Source: Diplonema japonicum (Eukaryota; Protista; Euglenozoa: Diplonemea). Taken from it: a stretch of 64,000 bases of DNA. The stretch is taken from positions 248,001-312,000 of the forward strand of contig OZ025668.1 of assembly GCA_964019335.1 (NCBI GenBank), given 5' to 3'. Shown here in pieces: positions 10,419 to 20,982 of this stretch; the stretch's first letter is position 1, and the number at the start of each line of letters is the position of its first letter. The notes below the pieces were generated by a model that worked only from the letters and a program-made list of their open reading frames with translations, was not told the origin of the DNA and did not search any database. The position numbers and the translations under genes were made by a program.

Positions 10419-11358
10419 ATTTCTCTCTTTTTTTTTTCTCTCTTTTCTCGCCTCCTTATTGTTTTGTTTCCCTCGTCTTTTCTTTTCTTGATGACGAACA
10501 AAAAAGCAGGGGAGGGGGGGGGGGGGGGGGGAGGAAAATAATACCAAAACGGCCTGCCCCTCTTAAGTTACATTGTTTTCTTTCTTTCCGTTGCCAACTT
10601 TTAAAAAGAAAAAAAAAGATTCTCCTCTTTTTTTAAAAGCCCCTTTGCAATTTATTTATGTGTGCAGTCCTTTTGAGATCCTGATCTTAAACTACACGTT
10701 AAGGGAGGGTTTTTTTTTTTTTTTTTTTTGCTTTGAAAGGACTAAAAAAAAAAAGAGAAGAGGGGGGGGGGGGGGGGGGGGGGGGGGGCGTTGGCGATAT
10801 ATGTAAAAAAAAAACAAGGGGGGAGGGAGCTTTGGTCTACAAAAAGGAAAGTCAACTAAACATCCAAATATCTTCTTTTTCTTTTCGTTATTTCGCTACC
10901 CCACTCCCCCTCCCCCCCACGCAGGCCATATACTGGAAAACAAGAGAAAACTCCCCCAGTTTGGGGGCTGAGATCTGGGGCGCGTTGCCATCTGTTTTTT
11001 TTTTCTCATATTTTTCAAGCAGGCTTGCCATTCTCGTCTGCAACGTTGGCCAAGTACCGGCTCCTCAAGCCATCGAGGTTGTGAATCGTCAGCTCTATTG
11101 TAACAGGCCGGCAATTATTCACATTTCCACAGCGAACTTATTCCTTACCACGGAGTTCGTCTGCCGGAAAGGCCCTCCCTCGTTAAAAAAAACATGAGCA
11201 ATACCAGTGTAAAAATAATGGGGCGCGGGGAAACAAAATAAAACAGAGACACTGATGAAGGGGGGGGAGAATTAAAAATAAAACCCCTCCTCCCACCCCC
11301 CTTTTTTTTAAAAAAGCCGTTTTTTTTTCTTTTTTTTTTTTCTTCGTTTCTTTTTTCT

Positions 11359-12742
11359 TTACCTCGCCATTATTTCCTTTCTCGATTTGTGTCGGTTCAT
11401 TGCGTTAACATGGCAGTGAACCATGTCGCACCCGTCGGTGATACACCCCTTTATTTTTTTATATTTTTTTTTATATTCTTTTTTTTTCGAAACACACCTT
11501 TTTCAACTGGCACCCAATGATGGCGTCCCCCTCACGGCACACCTTGTCCAAAGGAAGCAATCGTTCCGAAATCTGCCCCTTGAGCTTGAAGAGCGCTTCA
11601 CGGAAAGCAGGCTGTTCGTGGAAGTACTTCTTACAATTGAACAAATCCCCCACATCCTTCACATAAATGTCCAACCAGTCTCGAATCAACTGCTTCACAA
11701 CCGGCTTCTTCGTACGGAGGATCATGATACCAACATTGCGTTCCTGGAACTGAAAGAACGCTTGGCGGGTACCAGGATCATCGGGTAGAGTAGAGTTCGC
11801 ATAAGGGTCGCTCTTGGAGCCACCCCACCTGGCGAACGGTGCCACCGCAGAGGCAACGTCGTAGTTCCGCTGTGGTGTGGGGTATAAATGTTGGAAATCG
11901 TTGCAAATATTGATGTCATTGTCCATCACTATTGTGGTGTCGTAAGGAGAATGAGTCAACGCAACAATCTTCGCCAAGAACATCGGAGGCGGTGCTTGGA
12001 ATTTAGGACATTTCGGGACAACATAAGGTATGCTGACATCCTCATAATATCTCGGTTTGATGTACGGTTTCTCCTGTGCGATCTCGTCAAGAAAAGGTTT
12101 GTTGGCACTGTGCGCCCAGATCGTTATCGACTTGATCATGGGCATGACTGCTTGGAGGTTTCTCGCAACAGCCAACGCATCTTTCACATACTTCTCGTCA
12201 CCGTACGCGTTCAGAATGACTCCTATGGAACCCAATGGCGTCCATGGAGTTTGTGGTTGCATTGCAAGACGTTTTTCAGACGCTTCTGCGACTTGTTTTG
12301 TAATCAACGCTTCCTTTTTCGCCGCTTCTCGTTTTAAAGCCCGAACACCGCCCCATTCTGGAGGTGGGACATATAGGGAATACCCTTCAGGGGTGAGAAC
12401 GGTAGGGACAGGAACTTTGTTTACTGGGTCAACGGGTGGTGGTGGTGGTGGTGGTGGTAGTGGTGGTGGTGGTCGGTGTTTGTTTTCATCTTGTAGCTCC
12501 CGGATCACCTGTTGATGTGCTTCTGCTAGGCGCCTTTCCTTTAGAACCTCCTTGTCGAGTATTTCTATCCTTTTTTCGAGGTTTCTTAGATGGTCTCCAA
12601 ACACTACCGTTTCTTGTTCCTTTTCTTTCTCGATCGTCCGGATGTGGTCCTCCTGCGACCTATTCGAAGATATGGCACCCCACAACAATACCAACATCAA
12701 CGCCATGGTCATCATCAGCATCATCTTGGCGAAGCCGCCCAT
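11359..12742 (-). CDS. type II membrane glycosyltransferase (GT-A fold, DxD), 1 intron 11449-11497
   Basis: N-terminal TM, coiled-coil/Pro stem, KIVALTHSPYDTTIVMDND, ERNVGIMI, HEQPAFREAL; a spliced last exon gives GCITDGCDMVHCH. Confidence 0.75.
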
Positions 12743-13435
12743 CGTTTCACCCCCCCTCTCCCCTCTCTCTGGTTTTTTTTTTTTTTTTTTTTTTTTAAGG
12801 GGAAAAATGTAATGGAAAAAAAAAAAAAAAGAGGGGGTGCGAGGATTCGTGTAATTTTTTTTTTTGTTTCCCCCGTTCTCAGGACACCGTGCATTCTTTG
12901 TGTTTTTCTTTTTCTTTTTTTCTGTGCAGGACACATGTGCCCGGTACTTGTTCCTTTATGGATCCTAATCGTGCTGGCCCGCTCCCTGGGATCCATGTGC
13001 ATTTTGGGCAGTGTTTTGATGGCATCTCAGCAGACCCTTCACAATCTATTCTATTTGACAAATCACCGCACTGTATAGGGCGCATGCCAGACCCGTACAT
13101 TAGTGTGTCCGGCATGTCGCTCGCTCTCTCTATCTCTCTGAAGCTAAATCTTATAAAAATGGGAACAAAAAAAAAATACAATGGAAAATACGAAGAAGAA
13201 AAAGACAGATAAAAAAAAAAAGAGGGTAGGGATTAAAAAAAGGGGGAAAGAAAGGGAAGACAGGGGAGGGGATTCGGCAATAAAAGGAAGATTTTCAGAG
13301 GGAGTGTCACAACGGTGTCGTGCCCCCTCTTTTTTTTTTTTCTCCTCTTCTTATTTACATTTCTTTCTTTTTTATTTTATTTTTTTCCCCTCCCCCTCCT
13401 TTCCTCCGTTCCCTCTCCCCCTCCAAAAAAAAAAA

Positions 13436-13517
13436 AAAGAGTCGGTTGATTGTTGTTTGTGCACAGCCGGGGTTAACCTGTAGAAGGACAAGCCCAACAG
13501 TGCTACCACTACTCTTT
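13436..13517. repeat. 82-bp dispersed hairpin-forming repeat, copy 1
   Basis: Differs from 40790-40871 at 2 positions; terminal inverted repeat AAAGAGT/ACTCTTT. Confidence 0.9.
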
Positions 13518-13980
13518 TAGCAAATAAAAATCCATTCAAAAGATTGTTTTTCTTTGTTCAAAACAAAAAAAAAGAAGAAGAAATCCAATGTAAATGCAAT
13601 CCAAACATATATCTGTGATTTTCCTTCCCCCCCCCCCCCCCCTTCATTCTCCCTTTTTTTTCTCTTGTTCTCCGTCTCCCTTTTTCGTTTTTTTTTTCTC
13701 TCTCTTTTTCTTTTTCACTTCAAAAAAAAAATGCTGGCGTTTGTATGCTCATTGAAGAAAAAAAAAGAAAAAAAAAGAAAACTACGAAAAAATGGGGCGA
13801 GGGGAAGAAAAAAATACTGGTGTCACTCAGAAAAAAAAAAAAAAAAAAAAGAAAAAAAAAAGGGGGAGAGAGAGAAAAAAATTGAGTTTCTGAAACAGTT
13901 TCCTTTTTTTTTTTATGATACAGTTCTTCTCATTTAATAATTTTCATTTTTTTTTTTTTTTTTCCCTTCCACTTTTCTTT

Positions 13981-14652
13981 CTAAACGCTTTCATAAGTGT
14001 CCTCCTTAATCTGCTTGGAGTAATGACGCATAAAGTAAGCAGCAATAAGAAACAGCCCAACAGCGATAAGCAAATTGGCGACAAGCTGGCCCTTCGAGAG
14101 CCCGGTGCAGGTTTCATCCTCATCATGACACCACTGCTCCCATTGGGTGCCTTTCAGGTGGGGAAGAGTGACCTCCGGTTGGTTCGGGGCATATGCGAGA
14201 GAGTACCCATCTGGACAAGCACCGAAACAGGCGCCCTCAGTTGCGTTCCAGTTTCCTTTGATGTCTGAGCACTCCTTTTGCGAAATTTCGTCAGGGTACA
14301 TGTTCTTTGAACAGTCAATGGCTCCACCAACAACAAGCATTAGGATGACAAACACTGCCACTGCCCTCCAAGCGTTGAACCACGCAAATCCGCTGGATGA
14401 CCCCATCTTCCCCCAGCTTGTGGGGCAGCAGATCAAGGTCCCTGCTATCCCGAAGCACCCGAACAGCGCTGTTCCAAAGCACGCTGGGAAATAGTCGGCT
14501 TTGTGATCTTCTGCAGGCGGTACCTGCGGTGGCATGCTAGTGTCGTAGGTCTGCACCACCACCCCTGCCACAGGGACAGTCTCTTGTGAACCGCAGGACA
14601 CGCCAGCAGGAACTGTTGCAGAGGCAGACTGCTGTTCAGTTTGGAAGCCCAT
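13981..14652 (-). CDS. multi-pass membrane protein with Cys-rich extracellular loop (223 aa)
   Basis: About three hydrophobic segments, Cys-rich loop, ATG preceded by an A-run like other genes here. Confidence 0.7.
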   Translation of the reverse strand: MGFQTEQQSASATVPAGVSCGSQETVPVAGVVVQTYDTSMPPQVPPAEDHKADYFPACFGTALFGCFGIAGTLICCPTSWGKMGSSSGFAWFNAWRAVAVFVILMLVVGGAIDCSKNMYPDEISQKECSDIKGNWNATEGACFGACPDGYSLAYAPNQPEVTLPHLKGTQWEQWCHDEDETCTGLSKGQLVANLLIAVGLFLIAAYFMRHYSKQIKEDTYESV

Positions 14653-15149
14653 CTTTTTTTCTTTTCTTTTGTTTTCTTTAATTTTGAATGTTCATGCAAT
14701 AGCCCCCCCGTTGTTACCAAATCAAAGGGATAAGAGGAAACTGGGCGAAGGGAGACATGAAGTAGGACACAATGCCCGTTCTTGCAAGAATCCTCACTAC
14801 TCAACTGCTGCTTCACAGCCGCAGACCCTCCTCGAAATGAAATTGGGGTTTTCCGGTTGGTGGATGGTGGAAAATGAAATTCAGATTGGCTTTTGAACGG
14901 TGTAAAATTTTTCATTTGGTTGCCGTGTTTGTGGTTTTTCTCTTAATTTATTTTCTTCTTTTTTTATTAAATTGATGAGGAGAGGTAGCAAAAAAAAAAA
15001 AAAAAAAAGAAAAAAAAAAGAAAAGAGCCCCCGGCGAAAAAAAAATAAGGAGTCAACCTTTTTTTTTTTTTTTTTTTTTTTTTTTGCTTGAATTTTGAAT
15101 TTGTAAAAATCCGCATTTTTTTCTCGTTCCCCCCCCCCCCCCCCCCTTT

Positions 15150-15635
15150 TCATGAGTCCTTCATGAGTCCCCTTGTTAAGGTTATCGGTGCCAGTTTGTT
15201 CTTTGCCTGGTTCAAGCGCAATTTTTGAAGAACCTCTCTGTCAGATGAGGTCAGGGTCGCGTGCAGTTTTGCGAGGTTGAGCTTGAGCTCTTCTACCTTA
15301 TTCCGGGGGAGGGTAGGTAGCCTTCGACTCGGACGTTGGCTGATGCGTACCAAGGTGGCAGTGGCGTCAGTTTCCACGTGGAGCTTCGCACTTAGCACGT
15401 CATCAAGTAAATTGTTGGTTCGATACTCGAGGTCTACATTCAGCATGGCATTCGAGCGCACCACGTTGATTTCCTTTGAAAACACCATCCTCCTGTCCAT
15501 GGCCTGCTTCTTCGCCCAATTCTTGTAAGTCACCTGGTTTCTTGCGTACTTCATCTTGCTCTCGCTTCCTAGCTGCATCACCACCTTACGCCACCGTTTC
15601 TCGACCTCGTTCAACGTTTTTCGTTTGTTTTGCAT
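15150..15635 (-). CDS. hypothetical basic protein (~161 aa)
   Basis: Homopolymer-free open frame from MQNKRKTL; start uncertain. Confidence 0.6.
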   Translation of the reverse strand: MQNKRKTLNEVEKRWRKVVMQLGSESKMKYARNQVTYKNWAKKQAMDRRMVFSKEINVVRSNAMLNVDLEYRTNNLLDDVLSAKLHVETDATATLVRISQRPSRRLPTLPRNKVEELKLNLAKLHATLTSSDREVLQKLRLNQAKNKLAPITLTRGLMKDS

Positions 15636-16001
15636 TTCTTTCTCTTTTTCTTCTCCCCCCCCCCCCCACCCTCCCCAGGCCAAAAGGGTCTTTCTGTCCC
15701 ATTTGTAATAAATAAAAAAGAAAAAAAAATGAAGGTTCGACATCACTTTTTTCTTTTTTTTCTTCCTTCTTATTTTCAATAGAGAGATTTTTATTACCAA
15801 AAAAAAGGGGGGTTAGGAAAAGAAAACTCTTAAAGGTGGGGATGGGGGGGACAGTGGATATAATAAAATTGATCTCTGCATTTCGTGTGCCCGCTGGGGG
15901 AGGGAACAGAGGACGGTGGGGGGGGGGGGGGGGGGGGGGGGTAGTAATTAAGGGGAAGCTGTGGGAAAGGGGAAATATCTCGTCCATTCACCTTTTCACA
16001 C

Positions 16002-17699
16002 CTACACAGGAAACATGTAAACCACAAAGTAGAGCGCGGCCATGAAAGAAACCGCACCCGACGCCAAGGCAAGAGCCAGCGAAGCACCCAACCCGTACAC
16101 GAGGCAAAGAATCATCGCAGGAGGGGAAAGGGAAAGCCCTGTCAGATAAACATAAACAACGGTGAACACCAGCACGAAGGTGACAAAGAAAGGCACCAAG
16201 AACGCCCGCCACCACCACCGATGCTGCTCGTAGTGGATATACCTAAACGTGAAAAAAACTGTCACGGAGCATGTTGTCACAGTGCCGGCTGCAAACCCCA
16301 TGACCTGGAAGCCTGGCAGATAATTCACACCGGCTTTGAAAAACGTCTCGAGCCAGCAATACCGCACGACACCCAAGACGCTGGGTATCATCGAAAGAAA
16401 AAGGAAAACTGTGAACATCGTTGTTTGCTTGATACCAATCTCCGGTTCAGGTCTGGGCTTCTCTGCGGTTGTTCTAGGGTACAATTTGTGTTTGTTTCTC
16501 GCGAACACCCCTGCGAAGCATAGTGGAACTGCCATGAACACCCACAACCGGCCGATACCTGACACGACATCTGGTGTGAAGGAAGCAGTGGACCGCATTA
16601 CACTGTGGATGGACGAGGTTATGGTATAGAAAAAAACGATGAGAAGCGGGACCACGGTGGACAGCAAAAACGGAGCGAAGTGCGGCAAAGTCCGGCTTGC
16701 AAGCTGCGCCACTGCCGTCGACGTGTACCCCGCGAAGAACACCCCGAAAACGGAGGAAAAAAAGACAAATCCGGTGAGAACGGAACCTTCCTCAGAAACA
16801 TCAAGCAACCCGATCAACACGCACACCGACGTCATTGCTAGCGTGGCGTACAACTGGCAACCAGAACCGACCAGCAGAAGCAGAAAGGATAAACAGTTCG
16901 GTGACCTGAACGCATCTCCTTGAGCATTCCACCATCCGTTGCTCGGGGCTTCGTCAATATTAAAGGCAAGCACATCTTTTTCCCGTCTACGAACAGACCA
17001 TAGAAACATAAGCATGGCAGCGAAAGCTGTGACCATGTAGTTTATCGCAATCACAAAGTGTCGGGAGGCAGGGGCTTCCATGTACTTTCGCAGCTCTCTT
17101 CTTTCGTGTGTTTTGACGTAAGAAAAGGAATACGTGAGGTTTCCGTCCGAGGCACCATAGCCTGGTTTGACCTCGAAACCGGTTACCGCAAGATACCGTT
17201 CGTTTAAAGGGGGTTTACGAGTATTCTCCTCCCACTCATAATATGTTACCACAAAGTTTAATGATGTCAACAGACCTGGGTCTCCTGATATTGAAACGCC
17301 TAACTGCCCGTTTTGGTCGGTCAAGGGCAGGCCTAGCATGGAAAAATGTGCCCTGTAACCGTTTCTTGCTAAGTCGGTGAGTTTTTCTGTATCGGCGTCG
17401 GATAGCTTTCCTGAGGTTCGCTTGCACATTAAGGCGGTGAATGAAGCGGGTTCTATTTTTTTACCTTTGATGGCTTCTCCTATGTTTTGTGGTGAGGTGA
17501 AGCCCGACCAGTAATCATTGCCTTTGAAGAGCCCTGTGTAAGGGAACACATTTTTGGTGCTGGTCACCGGCCCTGTCATGACTAGCAGCGCGTCGCCTTC
17601 GGCCCTGAGCTTCCAAGTTCCCTCGCATAGGAACACAGCGTTGGACAGAAGTAGAAAAAATCGAAGTGGTGTCCGGAAATGCTGCATGTTTCCTTTCAT
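16002..17699 (-). CDS. divergent nonaspanin (TM9SF/EMP70) protein
   Basis: Signal peptide, GWWNAQGDAFRSP (cf. GWKLVHGDVFRPP), EQHRWWWRAF, about 9 TM helices; no C-terminal KxD/E visible. Confidence 0.85.
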   Translation of the reverse strand: MKGNMQHFRTPLRFFLLLSNAVFLCEGTWKLRAEGDALLVMTGPVTSTKNVFPYTGLFKGNDYWSGFTSPQNIGEAIKGKKIEPASFTALMCKRTSGKLSDADTEKLTDLARNGYRAHFSMLGLPLTDQNGQLGVSISGDPGLLTSLNFVVTYYEWEENTRKPPLNERYLAVTGFEVKPGYGASDGNLTYSFSYVKTHERRELRKYMEAPASRHFVIAINYMVTAFAAMLMFLWSVRRREKDVLAFNIDEAPSNGWWNAQGDAFRSPNCLSFLLLLVGSGCQLYATLAMTSVCVLIGLLDVSEEGSVLTGFVFFSSVFGVFFAGYTSTAVAQLASRTLPHFAPFLLSTVVPLLIVFFYTITSSIHSVMRSTASFTPDVVSGIGRLWVFMAVPLCFAGVFARNKHKLYPRTTAEKPRPEPEIGIKQTTMFTVFLFLSMIPSVLGVVRYCWLETFFKAGVNYLPGFQVMGFAAGTVTTCSVTVFFTFRYIHYEQHRWWWRAFLVPFFVTFVLVFTVVYVYLTGLSLSPPAMILCLVYGLGASLALALASGAVSFMAALYFVVYMFPV

Positions 17700-18083
17700 A
17701 TTATCCCTCCCCCTTCCCTCCTCTTTTTTTTTTTTTTTTTAATTCTTCTTCAAATAAAATCTTTAGAATGAGACAAAAGAAATAACAGAAGAAGAAGAAA
17801 AAAAAACCCTTTTTTTTTTTTGAAAACTCTTTTTTTTTTTTTCCTTCCCCGTTTTTTTTTAAATCCGAGAAAGAAAAAAAAACACAAAAAAAAATGTACA
17901 AAAAGAGAGAACTTTTTTTGGGGGGGGAAGGGGGTATTTTTTTGTTTGCGTGTGTTTTCTTTTTTTTTTTTCTTCAGCCGTGATTCAGGCCATCCACAAA
18001 AAAAAAAGTGGGGGAGTGGGGGATAAAAGTGTCGGATACTTAGCTTTAAGATAAATTCCGGAACTACTCTTCCCGTGCCCCCC

Positions 18084-18368
18084 TTTTTTTTTTCTGGGGG
18101 GGTGGGGATAACTTGGAAATATAAAGAAGTACATCAGATGTGTTGTGCGCTGTTGACCTCCCCGTCGGTCATCCGCCCAAGTGGAAGAAGCAGATGCTCT
18201 GGGTGGCGAACAGGCAGCAAACTACACGAGGGTACACCAGGGCTCAGAATCTTGGTTACCCGGGGCGCCCCGGCTGGGGTTGAGCTGCACACCGCACGCA
18301 TTAAGGACACGACGCGGAACGCAGAAGAAGCTACAGCTAGGCCGAGGTGCGCCCCTTGTAATCAAGTA
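18084..18368 (-). mobile_element. ~280-bp SINE-like dispersed repeat with A-tail, copy 1
   Basis: Reverse-complement homolog of 54927-55211; shared blocks such as AAGAAGTACATCAGATGTGTTG and CACACCGCACGCATTAAGGACACGACGCGGAACGCAGAAGAAGCTACA. Confidence 0.7.
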
Positions 18369-18471
18369 AATGGTGCTTGTGCAGGGTGCCCCCACCGGCT
18401 TCCTTTAAATCATCGAGTCTTCTTTCTTCCCTTTAAGAACTGAGCAGTGCTTGTTAAATACAAATAATAAA

Positions 18472-18561
18472 AAAAACTAGTTTGGTGCTCCATTTGTTTG
18501 TGCGCACGAGCGGAATTTTACCTAATAAAATAGCTCATTACGCTGCCATCAACTAGTTTTT
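18472..18561. repeat. 90-bp element with AAAAACTAGTT inverted ends; 70 bp shared (inverted) with 37157-37226
   Basis: Direct sequence comparison. Confidence 0.75.
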
Positions 18562-18876
18562 AGTCTCGACAATAATATTGTTAAAACAAAAAAAGAGGAG
18601 AAATGATGTTTTCTCTTTGTCAATTCTCTGGTACAAATATTCGAGCATTGATTTTGGTGGGGGAGGCGGCGGCAATACCCAAAAGAAAAGCAAAGGAACG
18701 ATTTTTTTTTTTTTTTTTTGTTGACAGCAGCGAAAAGGTTAAGATCAATGCCCCTTCTCGGGCGCTGCACTTGTCCTCCAAGACAATGGGTGGGGGAGGG
18801 GGAAGAGGAGAAAGATGGAATTAATATAGGGAAGCAGCAAGATCGATGTGCAGGCCAAGTTTTTCTTTTTAATTAA

Positions 18877-19572
18877 CCATTAAGCCCACAGGCAAAAAAC
18901 CGAAAAAAGCCCATTTTTGAGGCGATTCCAAAAAATTCAAAAAAAAATGGCAGCATTTAACCATACAAAGTGTTCTTTTTATGGAGAAATGACCTCTGGA
19001 GACATTCAGGTATCAGGGTTCCCCTGAACTGGCTTTTGAACTTATGATTTTTGACCCAACACCCTTTTTGGTAAGGGGGGGAAGAGGAGCAGAAAAAAGT
19101 GCAAAATAAATAATAAAATGCACTAAAAACCCCTTGTAACACTATTCTAGCCCAGATTTAGCTTGCGTTTCACACCTCTCTGGCCAGTGGAGGGGTCCGG
19201 GGGTCCATCAGTGAGTTTCTGGTACTTGTCGGTGTTTCGGGCTCCTGAAGATCATCCTCGGTGATGTCTTCGTTCAGGTGGTAAAGCCAAAAGCAAGGTG
19301 TGGAATAGAGGCACTTGCCACAGGTGGAATCTCATCTCGATCAGGGTCCCAGGATGGGTCCTTGCACAGATATATGTTTCCAAAGAACAGCTCAAACCGG
19401 TTTCCGGACATGACGCGCGCAAACCCCTGAGTATGCATAATGGAGTCAGGATCGGTTTTCCAGTAGTCACGGAAGTTGGGACGGGTGGTGAGGTCATAAT
19501 TTGACCAAAAGGCCTATAGATTTTTTCTTTTTTTTTTTTATGTCATATATATATGACATGTGGGTTTAATGG
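18877..19572. mobile_element. non-autonomous piggyBac-like element
   Basis: TTAA on both sides (18873-76, 19573-76), TIR CCATTAAGCCCACA / TGTGGGTTTAATGG, subterminal palindrome ATGTCATATATATATGACAT. Confidence 0.8.
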
Positions 19573-20982
19573 TTAAAAGAAAATATTATTTTTCTTCTTT
19601 TTTTTCTCGTCCTTTTCCCTTTTTTTAAGGGGTTTTTGTTTTGTTTAGTTTTATCTATGAAAACCTCATACAAGCCACAGCAAGGAGAGAAGATAGAAAA
19701 GATTGAGGTCACACGAGGGGGTTCTTTTTTTTAGCTTCAAAAAAAAAGTTTTTTTTTTCTCTTAATTCCCGATAAGGTGCTCAACAGCACGTGTTAAAGA
19801 AAAAGAACAACTTCAAAACAGATGCAAAGGGCGAGGAAAAGGGTTTTCCCCAAGTGGCAGATGTTACATTGTGGGTGGGAAAGGTTCTCACTTCAGTGCA
19901 CATCAATCGTCTATATAAACATAGCAATGGATGGCCATCAGTACTGGTGAAGGCTCCCATTGAAAGGAAATCTCTTGTGCCAGGAAAGGAGGAAAAAAAA
20001 ACCTTGTGGGGTAACTTTTGCATCAAAAAAAACCCCCATCGCCGGTTTGTCGAAGGATACTTTTTTTTTTTTTTTTTGAAACCCGGGGTACTTCACCTTT
20101 TTTAGGGGGGGAAAAAAAACTTACGGCAGTGAATGAGGGGGGGGGGGGGGGGGGGGGAGCAGGAAAGACAATAAGGAAAAAAAAAGTAAGAGAAGGGAGA
20201 GGGGAGGAGATCGAAGTGAACCCATGCAAGGGCACATTATTCATTTCCTTTTATTTTTTAAATGCCTTTTTACCGCTTATAAGAATCCTTGAAAAAAAAA
20301 AAAAAAAAGTGAGGCTAAGACAAAAAAAAGGGGGGGGGGAACACCCTCTCCTCCTTCTCACGGGTTACCTTTCTTTTTTTCTTTTTCTTTTTCCTTCGAA
20401 AATAGAAACCCATCAGACATTCGGACAGGAGAACTTTCCCCCACACGCGTTCATTCCCGAGAGGAGTCCTCACGGCCCCCAAAATTCGTTTCTTTTGTTC
20501 CCTCCATTCTTTAAAAGAATAAAGTAGAAAAAGCTAAAGGAGGCCTTTGCAAGGCACCCCTTGTTCCCATCCACCACCTGCCATAACCCCCTCTTTTTTT
20601 TTTTAAAACGGTTTGTCTCCTCTCTTTCGGTGGTCTTACCTCATCCCCAGCTTTGCCTGTTAAAAAAAAAAGGAAAAAAAAAATGGGAAAGATAATAGAT
20701 TTAAAAAAAAAAAAAAAAAAACGAAAACGAAACTAAACACAAATAGAAAATTTAAAAAGAAAAACCAAACTTCTTCTATATAAAAAAAAAAAAAAACGGG
20801 GAGGGGAAGGTGTAATAATAAAAATAAAAAAAAACTATTCTCCATCTCTTTTTTTTTTCTTTCTTTTTGTTCTTCTTTTTTTTAATTACCTTCAGCTGAG
20901 TGCATGTTAAGCAACAGGAGACGGAGAGGGGGGGAATAGGTCTCAAACAACAACAAAAAAAATATATGAAAAAAAAAAAAAA

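Noticed and set aside
10990-11190. Small genes in complex-sequence islands (also 12920-13120, 19780-20010, 39980-40110, 40420-40770)
   Set aside because: Frames are interrupted or lack credible starts and homology; probably decayed insertions or pseudogene fragments.
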